In this document: piece by piece, positions 47,659-57,289 of the stretch
How the letters are laid out: each line of letters starts with the position of its first letter
Position numbering within the stretch: the stretch's first letter is position 1
Source of the DNA: an uncultured Verrucomicrobiae bacterium
GTDB taxonomy: Bacteria; Verrucomicrobiota; Verrucomicrobiia; Limisphaerales; UBA1100
Reading direction: 5' to 3'
DNA length: 64,000 nucleotides
Assembly (NCBI GenBank): GCA_937775205.1
Contig: CALKBX010000013.1
Coordinates: 15,648 to 79,647, forward strand
Program-made: the position numbers and the translations under genes
Notes under the pieces: model-generated
The model's input: only the letters and a program-made list of their open reading frames with translations
What the model was told of the DNA's origin: nothing
The model's database searches: none

Positions 47659-49197
47659 ATGATTGACACGCCCGAGGGGCCCATTCCGGAACCGCCGATG
47701 GAGGACTTGGTGAACGCGCCGCGCCGCGCGCCCAGTTCTCCCGAAGCCGAGGCCGCGCCCGTGGGCCGCACCCCGCCGCATTCCATCGAGGCGGAGCAGG
47801 GCATCCTCGGTTGCCTCATGCTCGATGCCGCTTCCGGATTAGATTTCTGCCTTGAACGCATTCGCGAACCGCGCCAGCTCAGTGATCCTCCCTCCGATAA
47901 AGGCCCGCGCGGCAAACGCCGTCCGCCGGGCGACACGTTTTTTTATGAGCTGAAACATCAGCTTCTCTTCGAGGCGATGATCGATATCGTGGAGTCGCGT
48001 CAGGCCGTGGATATCATCACCGTGAAGCAACACCTTGCCGATCGCAAACAGCTCGAGGCCGTGGGCGGCGTGGCGTATCTCAACACGCTGATGGATAGCG
48101 TGCCTTCGGCGGCCAATCTCGAATATTATTTCAACATTGTTTGGGATAAATATCTACTGCGCAAAACCGTGCGCACCTGCACCGAGATCGTCACCCAAGC
48201 CTACGAGCACGAGGGCGAAGTGAATCGTTTGCTCGATGAGGTGGAAACGCGCATCCACGGCATTAACGACGAACGCGCCGGCGACATCAGCACGGATATG
48301 AAAAAACTCGTGCACGCCGCCATCGATCGCATCGAGGAGTACCACAAACGCAAGGGCCAAATTTCCGGCGTCCCCACTGGCTACCCGGTGCTCGATCGGA
48401 TGACCGATGGAATGCACGCGGGCGAGATGATTGTCATCGCCGCGCGGCCCTCGATGGGCAAAACCAGTTTGGCGATGAATATCGTGGAAAATATAACGCT
48501 GGGGAGCAATGTTCCTGTGGGCGTGTTCAGTTTGGAAATGACCGCCGAAGCGCTGGTCACCCGAATGATTTTCTCCAATGCCCGCCTCAACTTCAGCAAG
48601 TTGCGCGACGGCTTCATGGGCGATCACGACTTCCCGCGCATCAACGCCGCCGCCGGTAAGCTCCACAAGGCACCCCTTTATATCGATGACACCCCCGGTC
48701 TCTCCATCCTGCAACTCCGCGCCAAGGCCCGCCGGATGCACACGCAATATGGCATAAAACTCATTGTCATTGACTATCTCCAGCTGCTTCACTCTACTTC
48801 GCGTCGGGCGATGGACAATCGGCAGCAGGAGGTTTCAGAAATCTCCAGCGGCATCAAGGCTTTGGCCAAGGAATTGAAAGTACCAGTCATTGTGCTTTGC
48901 CAGTTAAACCGCGAAATGGAGCGGGAGAAGAACCGCAAGCCGCGCTTGTCGGACCTCCGCGAATCCGGCGCGATCGAGCAGGACGCCGACTTGGTGGGCT
49001 TGCTTTACAAAGTCGCGCAGGACGAGGACGCCGAAGGCGCGGGCGATAGTGAGAGCGAAGGGCTGCCGGTCAATCTGTTGATTGCCAAGCAACGCAACGG
49101 ACCTACGGGCGATATCCCGCTTACGTTCCTCAAGGCCTACACGCGGTTTGAGCCCGCCTCGCGAATCAACGACGAAGATGTGCCGCATGAAAACTAA
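47659..49197 (+). CDS. dnaB: Replicative DNA helicase
   Basis: PPHSIEAEQ, AARPSMGKT, IDYLQL, QLNRE and DLRESGAIEQDAD motifs; no intein. Confidence 0.96.
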   Translation: MIDTPEGPIPEPPMEDLVNAPRRAPSSPEAEAAPVGRTPPHSIEAEQGILGCLMLDAASGLDFCLERIREPRQLSDPPSDKGPRGKRRPPGDTFFYELKHQLLFEAMIDIVESRQAVDIITVKQHLADRKQLEAVGGVAYLNTLMDSVPSAANLEYYFNIVWDKYLLRKTVRTCTEIVTQAYEHEGEVNRLLDEVETRIHGINDERAGDISTDMKKLVHAAIDRIEEYHKRKGQISGVPTGYPVLDRMTDGMHAGEMIVIAARPSMGKTSLAMNIVENITLGSNVPVGVFSLEMTAEALVTRMIFSNARLNFSKLRDGFMGDHDFPRINAAAGKLHKAPLYIDDTPGLSILQLRAKARRMHTQYGIKLIVIDYLQLLHSTSRRAMDNRQQEVSEISSGIKALAKELKVPVIVLCQLNREMEREKNRKPRLSDLRESGAIEQDADLVGLLYKVAQDEDAEGAGDSESEGLPVNLLIAKQRNGPTGDIPLTFLKAYTRFEPASRINDEDVPHEN

Positions 49198-51913
49198 CAT
49201 TTTGAAACCCCTCGCCTTGGCCTTGCTGCTGCTTGCGCCGGAGCTCTTCGCCCAGCCGGCTGCCGCCCCCCCCGAGGTGGGCGAAATCAAGGTCACCCTC
49301 AAAAGCCTTGGCAGCGGCGAGCCGGAAATCACCGAGGCTTACGTGCGCAATCACATTCGCATTCGCCCGGGCGATCTGTTTCGCGCCGGCATGACCAATC
49401 CCGATGTGCATGCGCTGATGAAAACCGGCCGGTTCCACGACGTGCGCGTGGAGCTTTCGCAGGAAGAGGGAAAGCTCACGCTCGAATTTATCACCGTGGT
49501 GTATCCCAAGGTATCCTCGGTGGATTTGCTGTTGCGCAGGCCCGATGGCACCACCCTCACCGCCGCGTCCCTGCAGATTAAAGAAAAAGATTTACTGAAG
49601 AAACTCACACTCCGCAGAGGCATTCGTTACAGCGACACCCAACGGCAAGCCGGCGAAAAGGCATTGCGAGAACATTATGAGGACAAAGGCTACTACCAAG
49701 TCGAGCGTCACCAGCGAGGCCACCGTGTTGGATGGCAAGATGACGGGCGACGTGAAATACTTCATCACCGAAGGCGAGCAGTTTCAGATTGAGAACATGG
49801 CCTTCGAGGGCAATGAAAGTTTTGATACCGACGACCTGATGGACTTCGTGAAAGCCCGCGAGCGGCGGCGTTGGTACAACCCCATCAGTTGGTTTACCAA
49901 CGACGGCCGCATACGCCCGCTGGAATTGGAGGCGGACATCGAGCGCCTCGAAACCTACTATCGCAATCGCGGTTATCTCGATGCCAAGGTGGAAGTGACA
50001 CACACCGCCGACGCCGTGCTCGACCAGCGACGCGTATCAGCAACGCGTGAAATACCCTCAACAAAGCGCGCGCGGATTTGGAAGTTTTGGAATCATCCTT
50101 GGCTGATGAAGAAGATAAAGGCGATGCCGCCGATGAAGACCGGCTGGATTTGCTGGAAGACCAAGTGGATGATCAGGAAGATGTGGTGGAAGATGCCGAG
50201 GATGAGCTGGAAGATTACCTCGATGACGCCTCATACGTGGACCTCACCTTCAAGATCACCGAGGGCCGCCTCTATCATGTGGGCACGGTGGATTTCGAGT
50301 ACTACTGGCAAAATGCGCGCGATGGCGAAACCACGCGGCTCGATGCCGAGCCCGACGGCAAGGCCAAGCCGGATTTCAAGCCGGTGATTCCCAAGCTCAC
50401 GCTCTTGTCTCTCATTCGCATGCGCGAAGGTGAAATTTACGCACCGGAACGACTGCTCCGCAGCGGCCCAAAATCAGATTTGCGGGCCATCCAAAATCAC
50501 TACGGCCGCAGATCGCACATCAACGCTCGCGTGCTGCGGGTCATTCGCAAACCGGTGACCGGCACCGACAAAATCAATTTGGTTTTCAAAATCTTTGAAG
50601 GCAATCCGTTCAACCTCGACCTCGTGCAAATTGAGGGCAACGAGAAAACCAAAGACTTCGTCATCCGCCGCGAGCTCGCCATTGCTTCGGGCGAACGCTT
50701 TGATATGGGTCGCGTGGAACGCAGCCGTCGCCGCATCGAAGGCATGCGTATCTTTCGAAAGCGTGCGCGCCTTCCCCCGGCGCGGCCCCGATGCCCGTCA
50801 GGGCGCCAACCCCGGCGAAACGCTCAACGGACGATCTCGTGGTGGCCGTGCGCGAAAAAAACACGGGCAACTTTATGGTCGGCGGCGGGTTCAGCACCGA
50901 TTCGGGCGCGTTCGCCAATGTGGTAATGGGGCAGGAAAATTTTGACATCAAACGCTGGCGTCGCCCCCACCTCCTGCAAGGCGCCGGCCAAAAAATCCGC
51001 CTCAAGAGCCGTGGCCGGCGGCAAGTACAATAATTACCGGCTGGACTTCGAGGAGCCGTGGCTGCTTCGACCGGAAGCTGAAGCTGACCACTTCGCTTTA
51101 CGTTGAGGAAATGTCCTATTACAGCACCAAGTTTGACGTGGACCAAACCGGCTTCACCGTCGGCCTGGAACGCACCCTGTTGGGCAACGACTTTTTGCGC
51201 GGCAAAATCTATTTCACGCTGGAAGAAGTCGGCCTCACCGACATGAAAACCACTGCCTCCACCGAGCTGAAAGAACGAGGCCGGGCACCGACTTCGTCGG
51301 ATTGTTGGGCGGCCGCCTCGCCTACGACACCCGCGGTGGCGGCGATCTTCCCACGCACGGCCAGATCACCTCCTTCGACCTTCAGGTTGCTCCCAGCGTG
51401 ATTGGTAGCGACAAGCCGTTTTATGGGTACCACCTCAAGAGCACCTGGTATTTCAAAGGCCTGCGCGAAGGGCACGTCCTCGAATTGCGTGCGCAAAACG
51501 CGGTGGTCGATAGCTTTGAAAGCGGCAAAAAAGTGCCTTACTTATACCGCCATCATCTCGGTGGCTCACGCAATCTGCGCGGCTTTGACTTCAACGAAGT
51601 GGGCCCGCGCGGTGACCAAAACGATTATCTCCGGGGCCAAACCATGGCCCACGCCTCACTCGAATACAGCATGCCCACTCCGTGGGACATCCTTCGAGTT
51701 GCAACATTTTACGACATCGGCTGCGGTGAACAAGAGCGCGCTTACGATTTTGACTTTGGCAATTACAACGATGACTGGGGCATCGGCCTACGTTTGCAAA
51801 TTCCATTCCTCGGCCCCCTGCGCCTCGACTACGCATTCCCCATCACCAACGATGGCTACAACGGCAGCGGCGGCAACATCAATGTGAATTTTGGCTACAC
51901 AACCCGATTCTAA
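49187..51913 (+). CDS. bamA: Outer membrane protein assembly factor BamA (about 9 single-base insertions)
   Basis: POTRA motifs (GNESF, YRNRGYLDA, GNEKTKDFVIRRE), barrel motifs (NLRGF, FYDIG, GPLRLDYA) and C-terminal aromatic signature, recoverable by successive +1 shifts. Confidence 0.9.
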
Positions 51914-51932
51914 TTCAAAACAACTGAGCATC

Positions 51933-52509
51933 ATGCAAAAAACACTCATCGCACTTTTACTTGCTACCGCAATCCTCATGCCCGCCCGCGCCTCCGCTGC
52001 GGCGGAGCAGAAAATGGCAACCGTCAATTCGAGAAAGTCCTCAAAGGTTACTGGCGCACCGCCGTGGAGGAGAAGCGCCTGAAAAAAGCCGTGGAGGATG
52101 TGCAAAAACGAATGGCCGGCGAGGATAAAAAACAAACGGAACGGTTGACCGAACTGCAAAATATGCAAAAAGTTTTGCAGAACCCCAACCTGAACCAAGC
52201 AGCCCAGGCGCGCCATCGGCAGCAATTCGAAGTCAAAAAAAAGGCATTTGAGCAAAACGCCACCACGTTGAACAACTGGAAAGCTTCGCAGAACAAGGAT
52301 CTCTCAGAGAAACAACGCAAGGCATATGCCAAAATCCGCGAGGAAATTCAGGCGGTCATCTCAGCTCAAGCCAAGAAAAACGGCTTCACCGTGGTGATCG
52401 ATTCCAAGGCGCTTTTATTTTCCGCCGCTATCTGGACATCACCAACCAAGTGCTGGCGCAGTTGAATATCAACGACCCCGGTAAGGTTGTCGCGCCCAAG
52501 AAAAAGTAG
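51933..52509 (+). CDS. skp: Periplasmic chaperone Skp/OmpH (two frameshifts)
   Basis: Signal peptide, long coiled coil, AKKNGFTVVID and LDITNQVLAQLN motifs; directly after bamA. Confidence 0.85.
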
Positions 52510-52523
52510 CGGAGAGTCTTTCT

Positions 52524-53399
52524 TTAGGGCAATACAACCACCGCAGTCACCACGGAGTTCTCCACGGTGAATTGCACCGTGTGCCGGATCATGCGCGCTT
52601 GCATGTCCCGAATTCGCAGCTTGTTGTAAATCCACAGGTTGCCGGTCTTTCGATCCGGATCGCCAAACACGGTGATTAAAACCCCAGTCGGCTTGCCGCG
52701 ATAATTCATGATATGGTTGTTTGGCTCACCGCCGTTTATCTGCCACGGGTGTGTTCTGCCAACCAAAGGTTTGCCGTTCGGGTCAAAGGCCGCCCGCCGC
52801 AGCACGGTGCCGAGCTTCTTGGGCGAGTACACCACCACCGTATTGGTCATTCCATTCGGGTGATATGTGAACCATGGTCCGGCGCGGAAATTATTAGTGT
52901 AATAGGCACGGCTGCGTCGCTTGCCTGTTGGCGTACCAAGCCTAGCGCCCAGCCGTTTTTCAAGCCCTTCAAATAGTTCACCCGGAATTTAGTTTTTCCG
53001 GATTGATAAGTGAACCGGCAAAGCCCATCCCGTAAACCGTTTTTCATTGAGAGAAAGGATTGGGCGCCGTTGGTCGAGTGCTCCACCGTGGGGCCGGTGA
53101 AGCCTTCTTTTTTCTGGTAGTGTGCCTTGTCCTTAAAAAAAACGAGAACGATGTTGGTGGCCACAAATGTGGCTTCGGAAGTCACCACGGTGGTGGTATT
53201 GGTGCGCCGCACAAATTTTAGCGTGCTGAGATCTGTTGGGGCGTTGGTGGCCGTTTGGGTCGCATTCGTTTGGGTGACGACGGGGGGGGGATTGTCCTGG
53301 CCAAATTTTGTGGTGCTGATTTCCGAATCTTCTCCGTCTCCGCCACAGCCGATTAGCAGCAGTGTGGCCGCGCATAGTGCAATCCCCAGCAATTCTCAT
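52524..53399 (-). CDS. Lipoprotein with MORN-variant repeats and C-terminal unnamed domain (frameshifted)
   Basis: Lipobox LLIGC; repeats KNGLRDG..TYQSG, LKGLKNG..WYAN, RAGP..TYHPNG running into the 52524-52850 frame; indels near 53393 and 52935-52905. Confidence 0.7.
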
Positions 53400-53450
53400 A
53401 GGTGAGAAGTTACCCGAAACACACCCGGACTCAACCATTTTCAGTTTATA

Positions 53451-54635
53451 TTAGTCTGAGTCGCTTTGGCGTTTTTGATCCGCGTCGTGCAGTAATGCGT
53501 GGGTTTCGGCGAGAATTTCTGGGATGCGGTCGGCGAAGGGGCTCTTTCGAATGGCCTCGGCCAGTCCGTTTTTGACCAGTTTTTCCACGTGTTCGCCCGG
53601 AAACCAGTGGTCGGCTTGGCCCAGTAGGTTGTAACGCATTTTGCCCCAGTCCACTAAATCCAATCCTTTTGCGAAAGTCCATAGGCGGAGGATTTCGGTG
53701 AGGTTAAGCTTGCCGGGCACGTCCACGTAATGCGGCAAACCCTCGGGCCAACGGGCGCACCAGTCCGCGCCGTGAGCTTCTTCGAGCGCCGCGCGCAGTT
53801 TGGTTTCGATGGGATCGATTGCGGATTCAATTGCGTCATAAAATTCCAGCGCGTCGAGGTGGCAGTCGAAATCGCTCGGCTTGGCCGCGCCGCAACTTAA
53901 CGTGTGAACCTCCGGACGGTTCAAACAATAGAGGGCATTGAATTGCATCGGATGCAGCGGCGCGCAGAGCTTGGTGAGCTTGGGTGGCGGGGCGTAGAGT
54001 TTGCCGCCTTTGTCATTGGGGCTGATGATGAAGACGCCCATGTCGCGCGCGGCCGCCGCTTCGATGGCCGGCCAGTTGAGGTCGTTCACAAAATACCAGT
54101 GGAGGTTGATGTAATCGAACGCATCGCTCTCGATGGCTTTCAAAATCAAATCGGTGGTGGCGTGGGTGGAAAATCCGACGTGGCGCACGCGGCCTTCTTT
54201 TTGCAGCCAACGCGCGGCGGCGGCGCAGCCGGTGGGGCCAAGCGACCAATCGAGGATTTCCTGATTGTTGATGCCGTGCAGTGAAAGCAAATCCACATAA
54301 TCGAGCTGGAGGTAGTCCAGTGATTTTTGGAAGGTCTCGAGAAATTCGCGCGGATTGGCCGAGGGCGCTACTTTGGTTTGGACGATGAGTTTCTCGCGCG
54401 GCAGTTTTTTGAGCACGGGGCCGAGCTGCATTTCGCTAGAGCCATAGCCGCGGGCGGTTTCGATGTGGTTGATACCCACCTCAATGGCGCGATGAATCGT
54501 GGCTTCCAGATTTTTCTGGCCGGCCTCCGGCACCTCGCTCCATTCGATGTCGCTCCACTTGTGCTGATACCGCATCCCCCCGCAGGAGAACACCGGCATC
54601 TCCAATTCCGTTTTACCAAAGCGGCGGTATTTCAT
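53451..54635 (-). CDS. Aldo/keto reductase family protein
   Basis: YRRFGKTE, INHIETARGYG, VQTK, YVDLLSLHG, GFSTH. Confidence 0.9.
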   Translation of the reverse strand: MKYRRFGKTELEMPVFSCGGMRYQHKWSDIEWSEVPEAGQKNLEATIHRAIEVGINHIETARGYGSSEMQLGPVLKKLPREKLIVQTKVAPSANPREFLETFQKSLDYLQLDYVDLLSLHGINNQEILDWSLGPTGCAAAARWLQKEGRVRHVGFSTHATTDLILKAIESDAFDYINLHWYFVNDLNWPAIEAAAARDMGVFIISPNDKGGKLYAPPPKLTKLCAPLHPMQFNALYCLNRPEVHTLSCGAAKPSDFDCHLDALEFYDAIESAIDPIETKLRAALEEAHGADWCARWPEGLPHYVDVPGKLNLTEILRLWTFAKGLDLVDWGKMRYNLLGQADHWFPGEHVEKLVKNGLAEAIRKSPFADRIPEILAETHALLHDADQKRQSDSD

Positions 54636-54645
54636 TTTTACTTTT

Positions 54646-54671
54646 GGTAGGGACACGCTGTGCGTCTCTAT
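54646..54671. repeat. GTAG-family REP (degenerate)
   Basis: GGTAGGGACACGCTGTGCGTCTCTAT, same left arm as 24229. Confidence 0.65.
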
Positions 54672-54672
54672 C

Positions 54673-55518
54673 TTACTCCACGAATTCCAATTCCGGACGG
54701 TGATCAATCAACCCCGCCTCGTGGGCTTGGCCGAGGAAGCGTTTGATGGTGTCGCGGCCTTTGTCGCCGTAGTCGAGCGTCCAGTGGTTGACGTACATGC
54801 CCACGAATTGATCGGCCAATTCCATGCCCATATCGCGGGCGTATTGCAGCGCGTGCTCCACCGCCTCGGGTCGATGGTCGAGGCTGTACTGGATGCTTTC
54901 GGTGAGCAGATCGCTGATGACTTTGCGTTCGTCGACGGGGATGCGTTTGTGGATCACATTGCCGCCGAGCGGCATTGGCAAGCCATCGTTTTCCTCGCCC
55001 CACCACACGCCGAAATCCTGACAACAAACGAGCCCTTCGTTTTCGTAAGTGAGCTGGCCCTCGTGAATGATGAGGCCGACGTCGGCGGTGCCGGCCTTGA
55101 CGGTTTGGAAAATTTCATCAAAGGGCACGACGAGGTAATCAATCTCGCCTTTCGGTTTCCCAAGCCAAAGTTGTAACGCGAGGAAGGCGCTGGTCATTTC
55201 GCCGGGGATGGCGATTTTTTTGCCGGCCATCTCTGCGCGCGAAATTTTTTCCGGTGCCACGAGCATCGGCCCGTAGCCATCGCCCATGCTCGCGCCGCTG
55301 GGCAGCAGGGCATAATCGGCGCTTACGGAGGGATAGGCGTGAATGCTGATAGCGGTAATGTCCAGCTCGCCGCGCGTGGCGCGCTCATTGAGGGTTTGGA
55401 TATCCTGCAGGATATGCTCAAACGCGTAGCCGCGCGGATCGATGAGCCCCTTGGCGAGGGCATAGAACATAAAGGCATCGTCGGGGTCAGGCGAATGTCC
55501 GAGTGTGAGCGTTTGCAT
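54673..55518 (-). CDS. mqnD: 1,4-dihydroxy-6-naphthoate synthase (futalosine menaquinone pathway)
   Basis: LGHSPDPDDAFMFYAL, GYGP, GLIIHEG, PMPLGG and FVGMYVN motifs. Confidence 0.92.
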   Translation of the reverse strand: MQTLTLGHSPDPDDAFMFYALAKGLIDPRGYAFEHILQDIQTLNERATRGELDITAISIHAYPSVSADYALLPSGASMGDGYGPMLVAPEKISRAEMAGKKIAIPGEMTSAFLALQLWLGKPKGEIDYLVVPFDEIFQTVKAGTADVGLIIHEGQLTYENEGLVCCQDFGVWWGEENDGLPMPLGGNVIHKRIPVDERKVISDLLTESIQYSLDHRPEAVEHALQYARDMGMELADQFVGMYVNHWTLDYGDKGRDTIKRFLGQAHEAGLIDHRPELEFVE

Positions 55519-55615
55519 CGCGGCGAGGGTGCGCGAAGGGCGGGTTTCTGTCCATTCGATTTGGCTGGCAATCCGGCGGGGCTCTGGCAATCTCGACCTC
55601 CGCTTTATCTGGCCT

Positions 55616-57289
55616 ATGCGCGAGTATTTCCTCAGACGACTGCTGTTGCTTTTTCCCACGTTGTTGGTGATTACGGTGATTGTTTTTTGCATCACCCGCA
55701 TCGCCCCGGGCGGGCCGTTGGAGCAGGCGATGATGGAGATGCAGCAGGTTTCGCTGGAGGGCGGCGGCGGCTCTACCGAAGGCGGCCTGGCGATGAGCGA
55801 GGAGCAGCTCCAGCAAATGAAGGAGCTGTACGGCTACGACAAACCCATCTTCGAGGCGTACGTGATTTGGCTGGGGCTCAAGCCGCGTGAATTGAATCGC
55901 CGCAACGTGGAATTCAAGGACGGTGAAAAGAAGGCCAACGCCCGAATGCGAATCCCGCCCTTTCACGTGGCGGAACTGGATTGGGACAGCGACGGCTACG
56001 TGCGGCGTGCGGAGGTGCCCTCGGGGCTGGACCAGTATGTAAAGTTTGACCGGCTGGACACCAATCGCGATGGGCGGATTGACGGGCTGGAGGCGGACGT
56101 GCCCGAGGCACAAATCGAACGCGCCCGCGAGCGCGTGCATCTCAAGCGCGATTCCAGCGGCGGCGTGCGCATCACCAATCCCGATGCGCTGATGGTGAAC
56201 TGGAAAGTGCGCATGCGCGAGCCGCCCTCGGATGATCCGGATGCCAAGCCCAAGGCGGAACTGTATCGCACGCGCTACGCGGGGGTGTTACAGGGCGACC
56301 TCGGCAAATCCTTTCGCCACGGCGAGGCGGTGTCCACCGTGATGCTCGAGCGCCTGCCGATTTCTACTTTTTATGGATTGCTGACATTCTTGATTACCTT
56401 TCTCGTGTGCGTGCCGCTGGGCATCGCCAAGGCGATGCGCCATAACACGTGGTTTGATAACGGCTCGTCGGTGTTCATTTTTATGGGCTATGCGGTGCCG
56501 GGTTATGTTTTGGGGGCGCTGATGGTGGTGTTTCTCGCGGCGCGTTGGGAGGTGTTTCCCACGGGTGGATTTGTCGGGGATAATTTTCATAACACTCCGG
56601 TGGAACAACTCAATGTGGCGGCCGGCTACACCGAATGGCACGCGCCGGGGCACGGGCTGAGCAATGGCGAGGAGGTTTGGTTGCAAGGTCAGCTGCCCAA
56701 AGCTACGCCGGTGTTGGCGGTGGATACGGCTTATTACGTAGAGGTGGTGAATGCAAATTCATTTCGGTTGTTGCCGGATTGGAGCGAAGGCGCGGCGCCT
56801 TTCCGGGCGGTGGCGGCGGCCACGGAAATTCGGATGAAACGCCACACGCCATTTTGGGTTCAAGTGAAGGATCTCGCGTGGCACGCGGTGTTGCCGTTGT
56901 GTTGTTATTTGGTGGGTAGCTTTGCGTTTGTGACGATGCTGATGAAAAATCATTTGATGGATAATCTCTCGGCGGATTATATGCGCACGGCGATTGCCAA
57001 GGGGGTTCCGTTTAGTCAGGCAGTGCGGCGGCACGCATTGCGTAATTCGCTGATTCCGCTGGCCACCAATCTCGGCCATCAAATCACCATCTTCGTGGCG
57101 GGCAGTTTTTTGATCGAAACGATTTTCGACATCGACGGGTTTGGGTTACTCGGTTTCAAGTCGGTGCTGGATCGCGACATCCCGGTGGTGATGGGCATCT
57201 TTTTGCTTTCGGCCACGTTGATGCTCATCGGCAATATCATTTCGGATATCCTCGTGGCGTTGGTGGATCCGCGCGTGCGTTTTAATTGA
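55616..57289 (+). CDS. Peptide ABC transporter permease (OppB/YejB-like) with inserted domains
   Basis: LRRLLLL, GDLGKSF, YAVPGYVLG and EAA loop DYMRTAIAKG motifs; EF-hand pair and beta-rich insert in loops. Confidence 0.9.
   Translation: MREYFLRRLLLLFPTLLVITVIVFCITRIAPGGPLEQAMMEMQQVSLEGGGGSTEGGLAMSEEQLQQMKELYGYDKPIFEAYVIWLGLKPRELNRRNVEFKDGEKKANARMRIPPFHVAELDWDSDGYVRRAEVPSGLDQYVKFDRLDTNRDGRIDGLEADVPEAQIERARERVHLKRDSSGGVRITNPDALMVNWKVRMREPPSDDPDAKPKAELYRTRYAGVLQGDLGKSFRHGEAVSTVMLERLPISTFYGLLTFLITFLVCVPLGIAKAMRHNTWFDNGSSVFIFMGYAVPGYVLGALMVVFLAARWEVFPTGGFVGDNFHNTPVEQLNVAAGYTEWHAPGHGLSNGEEVWLQGQLPKATPVLAVDTAYYVEVVNANSFRLLPDWSEGAAPFRAVAAATEIRMKRHTPFWVQVKDLAWHAVLPLCCYLVGSFAFVTMLMKNHLMDNLSADYMRTAIAKGVPFSQAVRRHALRNSLIPLATNLGHQITIFVAGSFLIETIFDIDGFGLLGFKSVLDRDIPVVMGIFLLSATLMLIGNIISDILVALVDPRVRFN

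Noticed and set aside
47659-49197. Intein in DnaB
   Set aside because: Length is normal and helicase motifs are contiguous; only a short Pro/Arg-rich loop is inserted near the N-terminus.
49187-52509. bamA and skp as pseudogenes or programmed frameshift genes
   Set aside because: BamA is essential; shifts are numerous, irregular and lack slippery-site or hairpin signals.
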